Notes: a model not told the origin generated them from the sequence alone. A stretch of 56,073 nucleotides of DNA, filler included, from Sphacelaria rigidula (GCA_964200075.2; 7 parts of 7 records of this genome joined end to end with filler, not necessarily neighbours in it); one strand, 5' to 3'; positions 1-13,305 are shown, numbered from the whole stretch's first letter. Program-made: numbers and translations.

Positions 1-529
1 AACAGTTCGCAAGTTGGGTTGCCCACTTGAGCCTCAATTCAGAGTTAAACCTCAATTCTCACAATTTGCTGTTTGTTGATACACGTTCAGGGCCGCTGTG
101 TCTTTCGTTTTTCTTTTTGTGTGGCAGACTGTCCTATGATCAATAATGAAGGGTGCTCACGCCTTGTGCCGTCAAGGGCTACTATAGACCTGCTCTCTCC
201 ATTTTTTACTCGGAAGTCCGAAGTACTCTGGACTTGTTTAGACCACAGACACACCTTACACTTCAATTGCAACAAGTCATGTGTAAGCCTCACCACGATG
301 CTAGAGTTGATAAGCATCACAACATTTGTGGTACACTTATCATTTTCTTCTTTCACATTTTCCTTGAGTTGAAAGCAATTAATTTGGGCGTTTTGCCAGA
401 CGTTGTCTTCCAAAATAGTGCCCCTTAGGTTGGTCAAGAACCACTCAGTTTTTAGGCTCTAGTAATATTGAAGCCAAATCGCGTAAAATATCGCCTCCGC
501 AGGGCCCCCCGGGAGCGCGTCCTCGGCGC

Positions 530-3480
530 TACTGATACCACATGTACGATCCTTACGGCTCCCGCCCAAACCAAGCCCCAAACAAAATATCACCTCACGT
601 CGATGTGTGTGCTACGACCCGAGCTGAGTGGGTTGTCGGCCAGGGCCTTAGCCCCCTCGTTGTCCTCATAAAGAATAACATCATACCCCACTTCTCGTCT
701 CAGCACAACCCTTGGTCGTCAGAAAGAGAGAACCGACCTGACGAACACACGCTCTTTTGCCCCTTCGGCCGTAGCAACGTACTCGGCCTCGGTGGTTGAT
801 AGGGTAACTCAGTGCTGCGTTCGGCCACTACTCGACACCGCTACTTCTCCATACATCACTGGTACCTCAGATATTGATCGCCTGTCTGTCTCTTTCTTTT
901 CGCAGTCAGCATCGCAGTACACTGAAAGTACACTCTCCCCTGAACTGAACGTCAGACCGTAGTTTCTAGTCCTATTCAGGTATGCTAAGACTTTCAACAC
1001 TCCTCGCCAGTATCTTTCCATGGGTCATGGGATTGTCGGGCCAGGTCCCGAGCTGCATTGGCTATGTCAGGCCGAGTCACGCTAGCCAACCACGTCAGTC
1101 CCCTTGCAGCACTCCGATATTACCTATCTACTACTGTGTCTCCCTGCTTGATTGGTCCTAGGTTTGCTGATACTGAGGCAGGAATATCAGCAAAATTCGT
1201 GACTTCAAAACGCTTCAGCGGGTGTCGATGAAGGTCGTCTGCTTCACGTACATGTACCTCCTTTCCAGTCTCTTTCTATGGCACACCCCATATACCGCTG
1301 GATTTCACCTAGATTGTTTGTGGGAAATCTCTTCTTGAGGATATCACAGACTTTTCCCACTCTTCTTATTGTTTCACTATCGATCAAAGTGTCGTCTACA
1401 TGTACCAGTAGTATAACACGTACACGTCCCCTTTCCTCCTGCGTGTATACACACGGGTCAGCTTTTACTCTGTGACATCCCTGCATCCTCCATCAGAGTT
1501 TCGTCTAGGAGAAGGGACCATTGCCTCCCTACTTGCGTGATGCCATAAATTGATTTCTCCAATCTAACTGTATCACCCGTCAAGGGACCGCACCCGTCTT
1601 GGAGTTTCATGAACACATTCGTGTCTACTTTTTCTCGGGAGAAAGACTGAGTAACGTAGAAATGATACAGTAGCCATATTTCCTGTACTGCCACGGTCAT
1701 GGCCAGTTTTATTGATGTCATGGCTGGAGTGGCTGCAAACGTCTCCAAGCAGTCTATAGCGAGACCCTGGCCAAATTTACGCGTTTCAAGTCTCGCCTTT
1801 GTGTTGGTGATTGAACCGTTAGCGTCGTTTTTCCAACTGGACACCAATTTTGCTGTGATAGCATTCACTCCGTTTGGGATTTCGTCACTTGAAACTATAC
1901 CGGCGGTGTTATGCGCATTCAGCTCTGCACGCATAGCACTTAACCATGTTTCCTTGTATTCCGAATTTTTCACGCCTTCTACTGTGCCGGGGGGTGTTCA
2001 ACATCTCTCACGTGAGGGCCGATGAGGGAACGCAAACCAAAGCTGGGCTTTTCCTCTATTTTGTTTTCGGCCGGAAAACTAAGATACCCATGCTCTGCAA
2101 AAGTCTCCTCGATCAGCATGGCCGCGCTGCCTCCCACCTCTGGCCCCGCTGCTGCAGTGATGAGGTCCGCCATCCCGCACCTATCCTCCGCCATTCCATA
2201 GAGCACCTCGCCATCACGCGGGAAAAGTAATCATCTCTTTGCCACGCCAGTAGTTCCTCCACCTCCGCTATCGCCGATGCTAGCTTGTCCTGGCCAGCTG
2301 CCGCTCTCGTCGCACTGCGCGTGCGGTCTGCTATTTGCGGGGGCAGAGACAGTTCATCGTCGAGTGCAAGACGGCGTAGCGCCGTCCTTGGAAGTTCAAG
2401 AGCTGCACCACCGCCCCCCGTCGTTGTGCTCGGGGGTATCTGCGGTTGTCGGCGGCAATAGTGACGGGGTAGTTGATGGTGAGACTGCAGGTGAGTGCGG
2501 TGTCGGCGATGCTGATGGCTGTTCCGGCGATGTTGGCGTAGTCGGCGTTGCTGGTGGTGTTGCGGATGCTGCTGCTGTCGGCGTTGTTGGCGTATGTGGC
2601 GCTGCTGATGTTTGGTGTTGTCGCCGCTGCTGCTGTCTCCCTGGACGGTGGTCTTGTCGGCGCCACCGACGGCAGCGGTGTAGACAGCGCCGAGCCCCGG
2701 TCATCGATACGATCTTGAACGGGGCTCCGTAAAATCCCCCCGCCTTTCCCGCCTCTGCGATGAGACGGCGAAGTCATTTCAACCCCCACGCCATCAGGGA
2801 TAAGATCTCAACTGCCTTGCCACGTCTTCCATCTCGATCAGTTTTCGAATCAGGTCATCACGAACGCCAATCTTCACATGATCATACTTTTCTACCTGTG
2901 CTAATCTAGCCCCGTTGGTATTGGGACTGTAGAAGTTGTTCAACTCACGCAATACAGCTGCAGGAGAAGGAATTCGGAACAGAATGTCTCCGTCTCATTC
3001 GTGGTCCAGACTCGACACCAATATAAGTCTTGCTCTCATGTTGGCGGCTACAATGTTTTTCCCGTGCCTCGCCTCTACAAAACTCGCTCAGTGTCAGACT
3101 CACGTGCGTGGTCAATACCCCTTGCTCCGTCGCTTCCGGCCCTGTGGTCGCTCCCGCTCGAGATTCCCTGCTCACCATCGCGGCTGCGTTGTCGGCCTTG
3201 AGATGTGCTGGGGTTGGCTGAGCTATCAGCCGGGTGGTCTTGTATTGCTTGATCTCTTCCAGGAGGCGCTTCGCTCTCGATGACGCCGCTCCACCACACG
3301 CCACCGCACTCGTGATCTTCAATACCATCAACTCTACCCTGCAATACAGTCTGTTTGGACTGTATGTCCCTAACTAGATCGGCCAATGTGCTAAATTGAC
3401 TGCTGAAATGGCTCATCATGCTATCGAGTTGATTGGCCAATCCGTATACCTGTATCCTCTATACAGTAGAGGAAGCAGCA
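530..3480 (-). mobile_element. Degenerate Ty1/Copia LTR retrotransposon internal region (gag - linker - RT - RNase H), protease/integrase apparently deleted
   Basis: Minus strand: gag-like MANQLDSMMSHF.. (3440) and UBN2-like NFYSPNTNGARLAQVEK/YDHVKIGVRDDLIRKLIEMEDVARQLRS (~2935-2803). RT shows WLSAMRAEL..ETFAATP..RLEKSIYG..ADPCVY..LLVHVDD (1973-1244). RNase H shows VYCDAD..DRRSIS..VTLSTTEAEYVA..YEDNEGAKALADNPLSSGRSTHIDVR (1021-~560). Many stops and frameshifts. Confidence 0.9.
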
Positions 3481-3963
3481 TCGTCATTCCCAGCGATGTT
3501 TGCCCAATCGATTGATCACTAGCGTATTCGCTGGCTCAGGCACAGGGTATATGGCTTTGATTTATATTTTTCATTAAAGAGCACCCAAGTAATGCTGTAA
3601 CTCGGGAGAGTGCAGAAGAGATGGGAGAAGCTGCAGAGTGGGCGGCTGCGGGCGATGGATGAGTCCCAGCAGCTGTACTGTACCACATTTGGACACACTT
3701 GACTGTCAGTACTCGAACATCACCCCGATCCCCCGTTCAACACAGATCCAGTACTGTGTATGACTGGGTGTATCTGAGTCACTCGATCAGGTTTCTTTAC
3801 CAACGTGTACCAGGATTATCAGTAAGCACCCAAAAAATAACGTATGTCAACATGATGACTGGATACCATGGTAAACGTTGCCAACCTCCGAAGCGCAAAC
3901 CGCAGGAAGCCTTAGTTTTTGCGATACACCCGGACAGTTTCCCCCCTGTTTTGAAGGCGGACA

Positions 3964-4156
3964 CCATTGTAATGCGTGAGAGGACCGCGTGCTTAGAGGA
4001 CTGCGCCGTCGTTCAAAACAAATCGAGTCAGTCCCTGGAGGTACCACGCCCCTGACCAAAACCCCAACACTAACCCTAACCCTAACCCCAACCATGAGGA
4101 TGTTCAAATTCCGATGCGGTCTTCTAAGCACGCGGTCATCTCACGCATTACAACTA
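3964..4156. mobile_element. MITE with ~40-bp TIRs and internal (CCCTAA)n
   Basis: TTGTAATGCGTGAGAGGACCGCGTGCTTAGAGGACTGC (3967) is inverted at 4116-4153. Telomere-like CCCTAA repeats at ~4068-4090. A second partial copy lies at 17449-17535. Confidence 0.8.
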
Positions 4157-6029
4157 TACTATTCGAATGCCTGTAAGGTTGGATATATGGGAGTGATACA
4201 CACCGTCAGCTGCGATAGACTCGTTGTCGCATGCTAACCACTGTACGGTCAGTAGGATGTGAAAGAGAAGCGGGCGAAATGCAGGACTATCTGTTCTCTC
4301 TGCTTACAGTGCGATATACAAAGGGCTTGAGCAACGTGCAGCATTATATTACCTGCACTGTCCATGAGCGTGTACGCGAGCCACTTGCCCGCCTTATTAC
4401 GCGCAGTGCCGTCGCTGCAATATCCACCATGAAAGAAGATGCTCATGTTTTTACCAACAAAAAATACATCATAGCCAACTTCGAGTGGGTTATGTCTCGT
4501 AAGTGATATAAGGTGCCCACGTGCTGACAAAACCTTTTGCCTTTGGACAGTTTTCGATTCCACAGGAATGCTTTGATGATCATCAAGTGATTCTGGCCGC
4601 TGTAAGAGTTGGGAGTTCGTTTTGGCGTCAATCTACGACCGTTCGAGTGAGACGTCGCCGCAAAGCTTAGCTTAGTGCGTCCCATTTCGGGGTAAAGTGC
4701 ATCCTCATGAGATCTGTATCATAGCTGAGGCCGGAATTACTTTGGCCATCGCGTGAGTGGTTGAAATTATGATTTTGTGGAACGGAACGTTCATGTTGAT
4801 GAGTAGTTCTGTGGGTGTCTGAGTTCTCGATGCGCAAAAAAGAGGAGGGTCTTGATTGCGTGTTATTCCACTGTTCGCGAACTGGTTAGGATAGCAGATA
4901 TTGTTCCGGTATTGTATGAAAGGATTGGAGATTTGTCAGTTGGGTGCCCGTTTCAGTTATACCGTACTTTGAAGGCGCAAGATAGGGCACGGTACAACTC
5001 GATGGTTTGAGAGAGGATCTTGTTTAGGGCACGGTAGATCGGCCGCCGCACCCACCAACTCGCCACCCCACCTTGATCGTGCACGTTCTTTCCCCACTTG
5101 TGCTGCTGCTCTCGGTGCAATAATCAAGGGAAAGCTGCGCTGCATTGGTCGAGTGACTACCGACTCGGCAGCAAGTACTGCGTGAGTATATCTTACACGT
5201 GTCATGTCCTCGCATGACATTTTTTTGTCATTGCAACACACACACCCTGCTGAGCACAGGCGACCGGTTAGGCATGAAAAAAGCTCAGATTACAGGGTGG
5301 CAGCCCCCATGTGGGTTACGCCAGCAATAGTGAGGTCACCGCCAGAGGTATTGGTCTTCACTCCGCATGCCAAGAAGGCCTCTACGAGTGTTTGATCCCT
5401 CATACATCCGCCCAACTGGGGTGTGGCAGACTTGTCCTTGTGAACACAGGTGCAGAGAGGTCGGGTAGGATCAATCATGACAATAACACCCCCCACTAAT
5501 TTGTCATTGGGTCTTTTTATTGCCGAAACACCGTCCTTGCTCGCATGTGTGTGTGCGAGAACAGTAGCGGCTACGGGAATATCGCCCTACTTTTCGACGG
5601 CGTGTTCTACGGTGCATAGAGGCGCGTCCTGTCCAAAACGAGAGGCGGAGAGGGTTCGATCTTTGCAATGGCCAGCGCCATAGACAAGGGAAGATTATGT
5701 AAGATGCGACGCCCCTCGGCACCTCGATGTTCTTCAGGGGGCTGGGCAGCAATCAACCCCTTGCCGGCACATCAAAAGTTGGGTATGTGCTGGCAACACG
5801 ATATGCCAATCTCCGCAGCGATCGGGAGTCGCTGAACGAGGACACAAAAAGGACACGGACGAAGAGTTCCCTCTCTGCCGTTGCTCCTCCGGTAGTTTCG
5901 TCAACACGCACGCGTGTATTGTACATCGCTTACATTCGGTGCACCCAGCCAAATCTGCTCAACTGTTACTTTTTTTTGCGCTCGCGGATGCTTTTCCTTG
6001 GTGTAACTGTTTGGCACGAAACCTGCATT

Positions 6030-6400
6030 TTTGTTATGCCACTTGAACCTCATGTTTGTGTTCAACCCCATTTCCAGGATCGCCTATTTAACCTTATCCA
6101 TAGGGGTGTTTGACCTCCGATGCGGTTCAAAACGCGCGCGGTTCGCTCACGTATTACACCACTACAGGAGCAGCTCCAGCCGTGGATTGCTCGAGAGGCC
6201 CGAAACTATTATATTCAGCCGAATTTCCGGAACCCCAGGAAACAGGTCCTGACGGAACAAAAGCTCAACATAACGAGGGCTACCGTCGAGCCCTGGGAAG
6301 TCAGAACACAAACCAACTATTCTTTACCCGGTGCAGTTTGACTCTAAGAGCCTACCCAGGCTACGGCCAATCCTCGCCTAGATAATAAGGAAGAAAATCA
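6030..6400 (+). mobile_element. Possible highly degenerate Ty3/Gypsy integrase remnant
   Basis: Scattered motifs in the expected order across frames: MPLEP, VFDLRCGSKRARF, RPETIIFSR, LTEQKLN, LYPVQFDSKS. Weak similarity, judged by eye only. Confidence 0.3.
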
Positions 6401-7926
6401 CGCCTCAGTTGCGGTGCACCGCTCTACATATGAAGCGGTTCGTGAGCAATAGCTCTCCATCGGACATAGTCTACTTTCGCGAGAAACTTCCGAACACACA
6501 CGGTTGATTTCATGAGATCCCTGGTTGTTCTGCGAAGAGACACCCAACTCTTCTTCGCAGATCACACCCCTCACCACCCGGAATCTTCTGGACGACCGTG
6601 GACTGTCAGCCGACGCAGCTCACGCGTGCGATAGCTCTTCGCTCAACACAATCTACGTTTGCGGGAAACCTTCAAACGCACATCCTGTACCCCTGAAAAA
6701 CCCTGGATTCCCCTGGACTGTTCACCGGTGAACTTTCCCGACGCAAGCCTCGCAGCCAAAGGTTGAAGAGCCCAGAAACGGATTGATGAAACGTAATACT
6801 AGATCATATGAAGAACACTGAACGTTTTCGTGAGATTAAGAGTAGCGCACTGATTGAGAGTGGTTGGGATCATTCGTTTTAACTCAGCCAATTTTTCATT
6901 CCGTGTGTGCTTTTCTTTGCCTCCATCGCTGGCGTGTGCTTACAGCTACACGTCGATATCCTACTCAGGGATATCAAGGGCCTCAGTGGCAGCTAGTGTA
7001 CTACAGAAAGCACATTGGGCACAGTGAAGGGGCATCTCGGAACTGAAACGATGCATTAACTGATTGCTCGCTTTTCACTTTCAAGAGTATCCTTTACTCT
7101 CAATCTCACGAAAACATTATTACTAGTGAAGTCAGATCAGGGCGGGCGGTGCATGCTGGCGCAGGGGACGAGAAAACCGTCCTCCCCGGGACGTGACTTC
7201 TACCGTGAAGGTAGGGATGATCTCCGCCATTTCGGCTTATACTGTGCGAATGGAAATGGGTTTGGATGATGTAAAGGATTCTTGAGATATTTGGGATATG
7301 GAATGAAAATAAAATTGGTTTTTTTCCCGGGAATTAATGAACGCACACCTCGTTTCTCGATTTGGGTCAGAATTGGGCCCGCGATATTTTGACCTGGATG
7401 GCAACGGAAGTGGGTACGAGCAACACGGACATTATTTCGTGTGTTGAATGCACACGTTGGTAATTATGAAACAAGCAAAGGGGGCTTCCGTGACGCGGAA
7501 CACTGGGGTTCTACTTCTGTCATAATATGGGGGTTGGACGAGGAACGATTTACTTCAATGTTTTCATCAAGTATCTCGTAATCGATCTTCCGGGCGTGCT
7601 GGAGGAAGCCGCCGAAAAACTTGTACACCTATATATATATATATATATTGGCGTGCTATTCTGGATTGGGGCAGTTGGGTCAAATGTGAGAACTCGACAC
7701 ACGCTTTGAAGGGGCACATGATACTTGGCGACCTCATCACAACAACGACAGCTAAAATATAGTGATCGGTAGTCCGTATATGCCAGAGTTTGTTTGTTTT
7801 TTCCTTGATGGAAGGAGGAAACCCAAGCCAACACTAACCCCGCTGACGATCGCAAACGATCGCGGGCGGGTTCGTGTGCCGATTACCCGAAGGCTCGGCT
7901 AGACCGCCTTGCGGCGGTCATGTGGG

Positions 7927-8026
7927 NNNNNNNNNNNNNNNNNNNNNNNNNNNNNNNNNNNNNNNNNNNNTTAATTAATTAANNNNNNNNNNNNNNNNNN
8001 NNNNNNNNNNNNNNNNNNNNNNNNNN
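7927..8026. other. Artificial contig linker (44N-TTAATTAATTAA-44N)
   Basis: Six-frame stop spacer. Identical linkers at 15952-16051, 23977-24076, 32002-32101, 40026-40125 and 48050-48149. Confidence 0.97.
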
Positions 8027-10863
8027 CAAAATGAAAAATATGCGCGACAGGAAAACGAGAAGATGTCCTGGAACTGCCTCAACTTGTAGAGTAAGTCATT
8101 CCAAGGTGTCAAATTCCGCCTAGCTCTCTTTTGGGGCGTGAAACGACGTAAAAGCTCCCAAAAGACGCTTTTCCAGGTTTTTATTTTTGTCTACTATAAG
8201 AAGCGGCCTGAGTGAGGAGCTTAATTTATTTTTGTCATACTCGTATAAATAGTAATGAAATGATTTCTTTATTCAAGATTGTTTGAGGATGGATGGTCGA
8301 ATCGATGGTTAGTTAGGGTTGAATTTTATTTTTTGGACAAGGACCGGGGACGGGGCTGCTGCAGGTGGCTGCGCTTCCGGATGCTGTAGCGCGGTGTCTC
8401 GGAAGCGGCAGCTGGAGCGGTGGACGATGCAGCAGCTGCAGAACCAGCAGCGCTTCGACCCTCTACCGTAGACATGATCCCGCTGGACTGTCAAAATGGT
8501 GGTATCCTGGCAGCAGTACGCGACAGCACAGCACTGCAGTACAGTAGCTTGACGTTGAAGATGGCCTGCTGTATCTGCTTGTGGCTGTGTGATTTTCAAA
8601 CAAGTGGGCCCGTACTAGAAATAACCCCAAACTCACTCATTGAAGAAGTAGGCATTTGTTTCCGCTTGCCCTATTCCCGTTTTCGTGATACCGAGGCTTG
8701 CCTCGCCCAAACAAGGCATCTAAGGCACAATAACCCCCTCTCAGGCAACCCCTTTACGAAAAGGGGCTCTAAGGCAAAAAGTAAGGCATGCCTTAGAAGT
8801 CAGGGTCTATCACCACCTATTTTTCAGCTCGAAGGGGCTATCAGGGAACCAGATCCCCGCGCGTGCCTCAACCTGCCTCGAATTATATTGTGACGGGCTG
8901 GCATTACGCCCACACCCCATGAAGAGCACGAATACCAAAAAAAATCAGTTTTGGGTACGTTTGTTAACGAACCGCGGCGCTGGAGGTTGTCAACGAACAC
9001 CCCCGTATCATAGTATGTCCACAATATGGGAGGAGGTACGCTCCAGCGTTTCTACTGCCTCATTATTATTAGTGGTTGGTGAACGAGCCGTTCAAAAGTG
9101 ACGCTTCGACCGACCTCCGGAGCATTCCGAAGTATCCTAGCTAGGAGAGAGTGGTGCTACGGCAGGGGTGTACTTTTTTCAAGAGGTTCGAATTGCTCGG
9201 AGCTCTCGATCTCGTCCACAAAGCGACTCACGAAACATGTTAGAGCATGCTACAATTATTAGCGTTCATGCCAATGGGCTAGGGATGCTCGAAATGGATT
9301 TCAAAAACGGGGATTTCCGCATAAATTCTTGTGTAGGTCCCAACTTCAGGAGCCTCTGAATGAGAAACATCTAGTTGGCTGGGCCCAAATGTGCAACCCC
9401 TACCGTATAGCAGTCTCCACGAGGGGGGGTATTTGTCAAGAAAGGATACACTGCTACGTACACTAGTTCAATGGGGAGTAGAGGAGCATAGGTGAACTTT
9501 GTAAGAGCAGAGATGTGGGGACATATCCCCCAAAATTGTGGACAAATGGGGTATAAATGTCGGACAATTCGATGAAAAAAACTCGACTTCTGCGTGAGAT
9601 GAATTCGGTTAAAACCATATCTTGCCGCAAGACAAGATGTTCAAGCTTCGTTCCAAATTACGAGACATCTAAGAATGGGGTCGGTACTGGATTACCATGT
9701 CAAGACCTCAGTTCCACCGTCCGCGTTGTCTTCGACACCTATAGGAAGTAGGCAGCACATAAACGGCATGGAACATGCTCCTCCTCTGCCTCCCCACTAG
9801 CCCCACTCTGTCGAACTACGACTCGATCTGCGAAGGGACCCAACAATTTCAACCAAGACACCAAAACATTTGACGCAACCAGTGACTGACAGAATATCGT
9901 CCACCTCCCGGATGATACGGGGCTTTCCAACATGTCCACCAATCAACGCAACGCTTCCTTCACGGCCGCTAAACACGAGCGAGCCACGACCATCCGAAAC
10001 AGTGAGTCAACACACCCCACGGGCCGGAAGAGTTTCCCTGAATCATTCTCAGCTCTCTTCCTTTCAAGAAAGGGAATAAAGAGGGGGGGGTCACATACCA
10101 TCAATAACACGGCCGCAATATATGCTCCCATCCCCCAACAAGTAAATTTATGATGGAAAAGGTAGGGAGCAGCAGAAAGCACCCCCCTCAAGTTTTGTGT
10201 CATCCAAACGAACACGAACTGTGTCATAATCCAAAAGGTGAGAAGAAAATAGCTGCGCCGGGATGATGACGGTCGGAAGCCGTCCTTGAGACAGCCGGAT
10301 GCAACAACAGAGTTCAAAGCTGCACACCCCCGAAATGCGAAAAAAACGTCACGCACACCCCCGACACCGTTGCAAGTTCTTCACAGCAAGCACCGAAACT
10401 GCACTGAACGTCAGTCACGTCGACTCTACACTCCGGGATGGACGGGATGGAAGCTATTCAAGACAATTCCCTAGTTACCCGACCACCGCTTTGCGCCCAC
10501 TCCCTCTTTCCAGCAGCAGCAGCACCGACTACACGCTCACTTATTATCGATCGCCATGAATTTTGATCCCAGCCACAACAGTCTGGTACGTGTTTCTAGC
10601 GCACTGTATTTTCGTCCTTTTCTCCATTCCATTTCCCACCATACTTCTGCGCTTCACGCATCTTTTTCAGAGTAAAAAATAGGAACAAAGTCGAAGAACG
10701 GAAACGCGCACCAACTAAGCTTCCTCATTCACGCCTTCCAGTATTCCTCCACGGCATAATTTCGCTTTTGTTCTTCAGCCCGCCACCGAGAGGCCAAAAG
10801 GAGAAAAAAAAAGCCTCAACCACAGGAGAGCACGAAACCATAGGCTGCGTCGAAAAAAATCCG

Positions 10864-10983
10864 TCACAGAGCATCGCCGTCGCCATCATCATCTTCATCG
10901 ATCTCTCCGTCCTCCCTCGGTGTCTGCCGCGAAGCGTTGCCAGCGGCCGCATCCGGATCGGTCGATGCCGCAGTGTTGTTTGT
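10864..10983 (-). CDS. FG-repeat nucleoporin-like gene, putative terminal exon (TNNTAAS..TPREDGEIDEDDDGDGDAL*)
   Basis: Acceptor gagcag|ACA, phase 0, matching the upstream exon. 40 codons ending in TGA, acidic tail. Confidence 0.6.
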   Translation of the reverse strand, partial: TNNTAASTDPDAAAGNASRQTPREDGEIDEDDDGDGDAL

Positions 10984-11980
10984 CTGCTCGAGCGTACAGT
11001 GCAGCGGCGTCAAGGTGGGTCGCGAGCGGCGGGACACATGAAAAATGCGTGCGTCGTCAACTCAACTACCGGAATCGCACTCGGGTTCGCCGCTGTTCCG
11101 CAAAAGGAACAAAAAAAGGCAATCTCCCGGTCATTTCAACGCTACAACCGGCGCCGCGCCGTGGTGGTCTCGCCCCTCTTACAGAGAATATCTTTCGATT
11201 TCTACTACAGCAGGCATCATACATCAAAATCAACTCACAAACATTGACATTAGCACATCATGACTGATGCTTCACTCTTATACTTCTCAGGCAAATGCTC
11301 AAACTGGTGAACTGACGGGCTAATTTCCTGTACTGTTTGCCGTCGAAGATACTTTCTGGGAGAGTGGACGTGCCCCGAAGGTTCAAGAGTCGAGTCCGTG
11401 AGGTTGTGGAAGGCACCCTAGAGGGGTGTCATTTCCCGCAAAATCCACAATGATGACGTCGATGTTTCAGAGAAGGCAGATTTCTCGGATTAGAATCCCG
11501 ACAGGTATCATGTATTTTCACAAAATCTGGTTTTCCGAAATCAAAAGCATCATACGGACGTCGACAACAGTAAAAATATTGGATGAAGGCCAATGAGTTG
11601 TGGAAGTGCTGACGCAATGCTGGACGATCAACTGCCAGGCAAGTACCGGCGGCGAGATGGGGTTAGGGTTGCTCCGTTGAGACCAAGGACTCGTCGCAAA
11701 GGTAGAGGAGGACAGGGGCAAGGTCACAAGCATGACAACAAGACAAAACAACAGTAGAACGACGCGCGTGTTTGTTTCGAAACGATTGGGATGTCGCCTT
11801 CTTGTCGCCCCCTCTCCCTCTCTCCCTCCCCACGGCGCGGAAGCTACAAGGCCACAGCTTATCTGTGACCGGAAGAAGCGCAGCAGCGCTTCGCGAGTGC
11901 GGAGGCACCCTACAGGTACTTGTACCTTCCTACACAGCATGCACAGACCGTTTCACAGTGGACGGGATCATACTAAAGTA

Positions 11981-12676
11981 CCACTATGTTCCAAAATATA
12001 AGGGACGTGTACGATTATGCCCCTAGATCGGGTGTGCGACGTAAAAACACCCTCAAAACGATGCAAGCGTGATTGGGGGATGGCCCATATACATCCTCTG
12101 AGGGTAGTGGATGATAACATTCCATCCTCGGGGTTTTTCAAATTTTGCGGAAAATGTCATTATTTTCGTGAAAATTGTCATCACACGCTGATTTTTGTGT
12201 AAATTCCTGTTCGTTTATTGCGCAAACTTGGAGCGGCGATACCAGCGTCCTTTTGCTCCTTGTAATGCTTCCACAAGGCCGAAACTTGCTTGCTCGAGCA
12301 ACCAAACTGTTGCGCAACTCGCTTGTGTCGCCATGGGCCAACTTGCCGCTGTTGCTGCCCTCGAGGAGCTCGTCGATCAAAACGCGCATGTCATTTCCGT
12401 TCACATGATTTTTCTGCTTACCGTCCCAGCAGCGCCCTCAGAACAGACTACGGGAAGACAGTTTACGGGATATTTTACTTTTTGAGCTCTGAGTGCCTCT
12501 GCTTCGGATGCTGCTGTGGTCACATGTTGGGTGTCATGCCGAGAAGAAAACGGTTCTGCCAGTCCCGCTGGAGGACCCCGAAAATAACGCGAAAACCCCT
12601 TTTCATTTGAAAAAAAAATGCGGGAGTTTTTGAGCCGCATTTCCAAAAATATCCCTTATATTTGGGAACAGATTGA
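11981..12676 (-). mobile_element. Internally deleted plant-type mariner (Stowaway/DD39D-like) element, intronic
   Basis: 25-bp TIRs CCACTATGTTCCAAAATATAAGGGA / TCCCTTATATTTGGGAACAGATTGA (4 mismatches), with TA on both sides. Transposase N-terminal remnants MRVLIDELLEGSNSGKLAHG and TTLRGCIWAIPQSRLHRFEGVFTSHTRS. Confidence 0.8.
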
Positions 12677-13305
12677 TACTGTTTGTCCTGCTAGCGGGAA
12701 ACCATAACCACATTAGCTAGTCCCAAGTATTTCAAATCGAGCGTTATGGAGGATTCAAAGGGCCAACCCTCTCGCCAAGGAGGGGGCAGTACAGCAATTC
12801 ACAGGCAGCCAAACCTTCCTCGACAAAATGGCCCCGACCTTGTTTCCACGCGGTTCTTCAGTTTTGAATCACGTCTAAACCTCACATCGCCTCTGTTGTC
12901 GTGAAAGTGTCACGTCGGTGATGTTGACTACTCCTTCATTTTAGAAACACGTTGTACCGCATGGGCGTCCTCCTGCAGGCAAAACGCCTTTTCAACGCAT
13001 GTTGCGAAACAGCACTCGCTCTGTTGGGGAAGCCAGCGTCTGCAATCAAGCCGTGAAACAGCGTGTCACACGACATTCTACATCATAGTTTTCCCCCTGC
13101 CTTAATCGATTACCGCATCACAAATTACACCAACAGGAATAGGCATCGGAGCATACAGTTCATGATCGTCCACAATTGCATTAACCATATTTTTGCAAGT
13201 CCTCTCGTAGCTGAAGAGTGATCTGACATGTCTTTCGGAAAAACAAAATTTGAAAAATGAATCCTCCAGAACGCTGTATTGGTCCAGATTCTTGAGAACC
13301 CTCAC

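Noticed and set aside
532..545. TGGTATCAG on the minus strand resembling a tRNA-Met primer-binding site
   Set aside because: It lies in frame inside the Copia RNase H tail (VRIVHVVS), at the wrong end of the element.
3545..3697. Possible 5' LTR of the contig-1 Copia
   Set aside because: No second LTR copy or clear PBS is visible, so boundaries cannot be supported.
4231..5500. Short ORFs with protein-like composition (4249-4563, 5290-5496)
   Set aside because: No recognisable motif and no consistent splice chain.
7971..7982. TTAATTAATTAA palindrome recurring every ~8 kb
   Set aside because: Assembly linker embedded in Ns, not biological.
9739..10356. Minus-strand ORFs with a faint DNA-methyltransferase flavour
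   Set aside because: No catalytic PCQ/ENV motifs, and the similarity is not convincing.
10556..10590. Plus-strand gccATG..|gtacgt candidate first exon
   Set aside because: No convincing downstream exons, and it lies in the probable 3' UTR of the FG-repeat gene.
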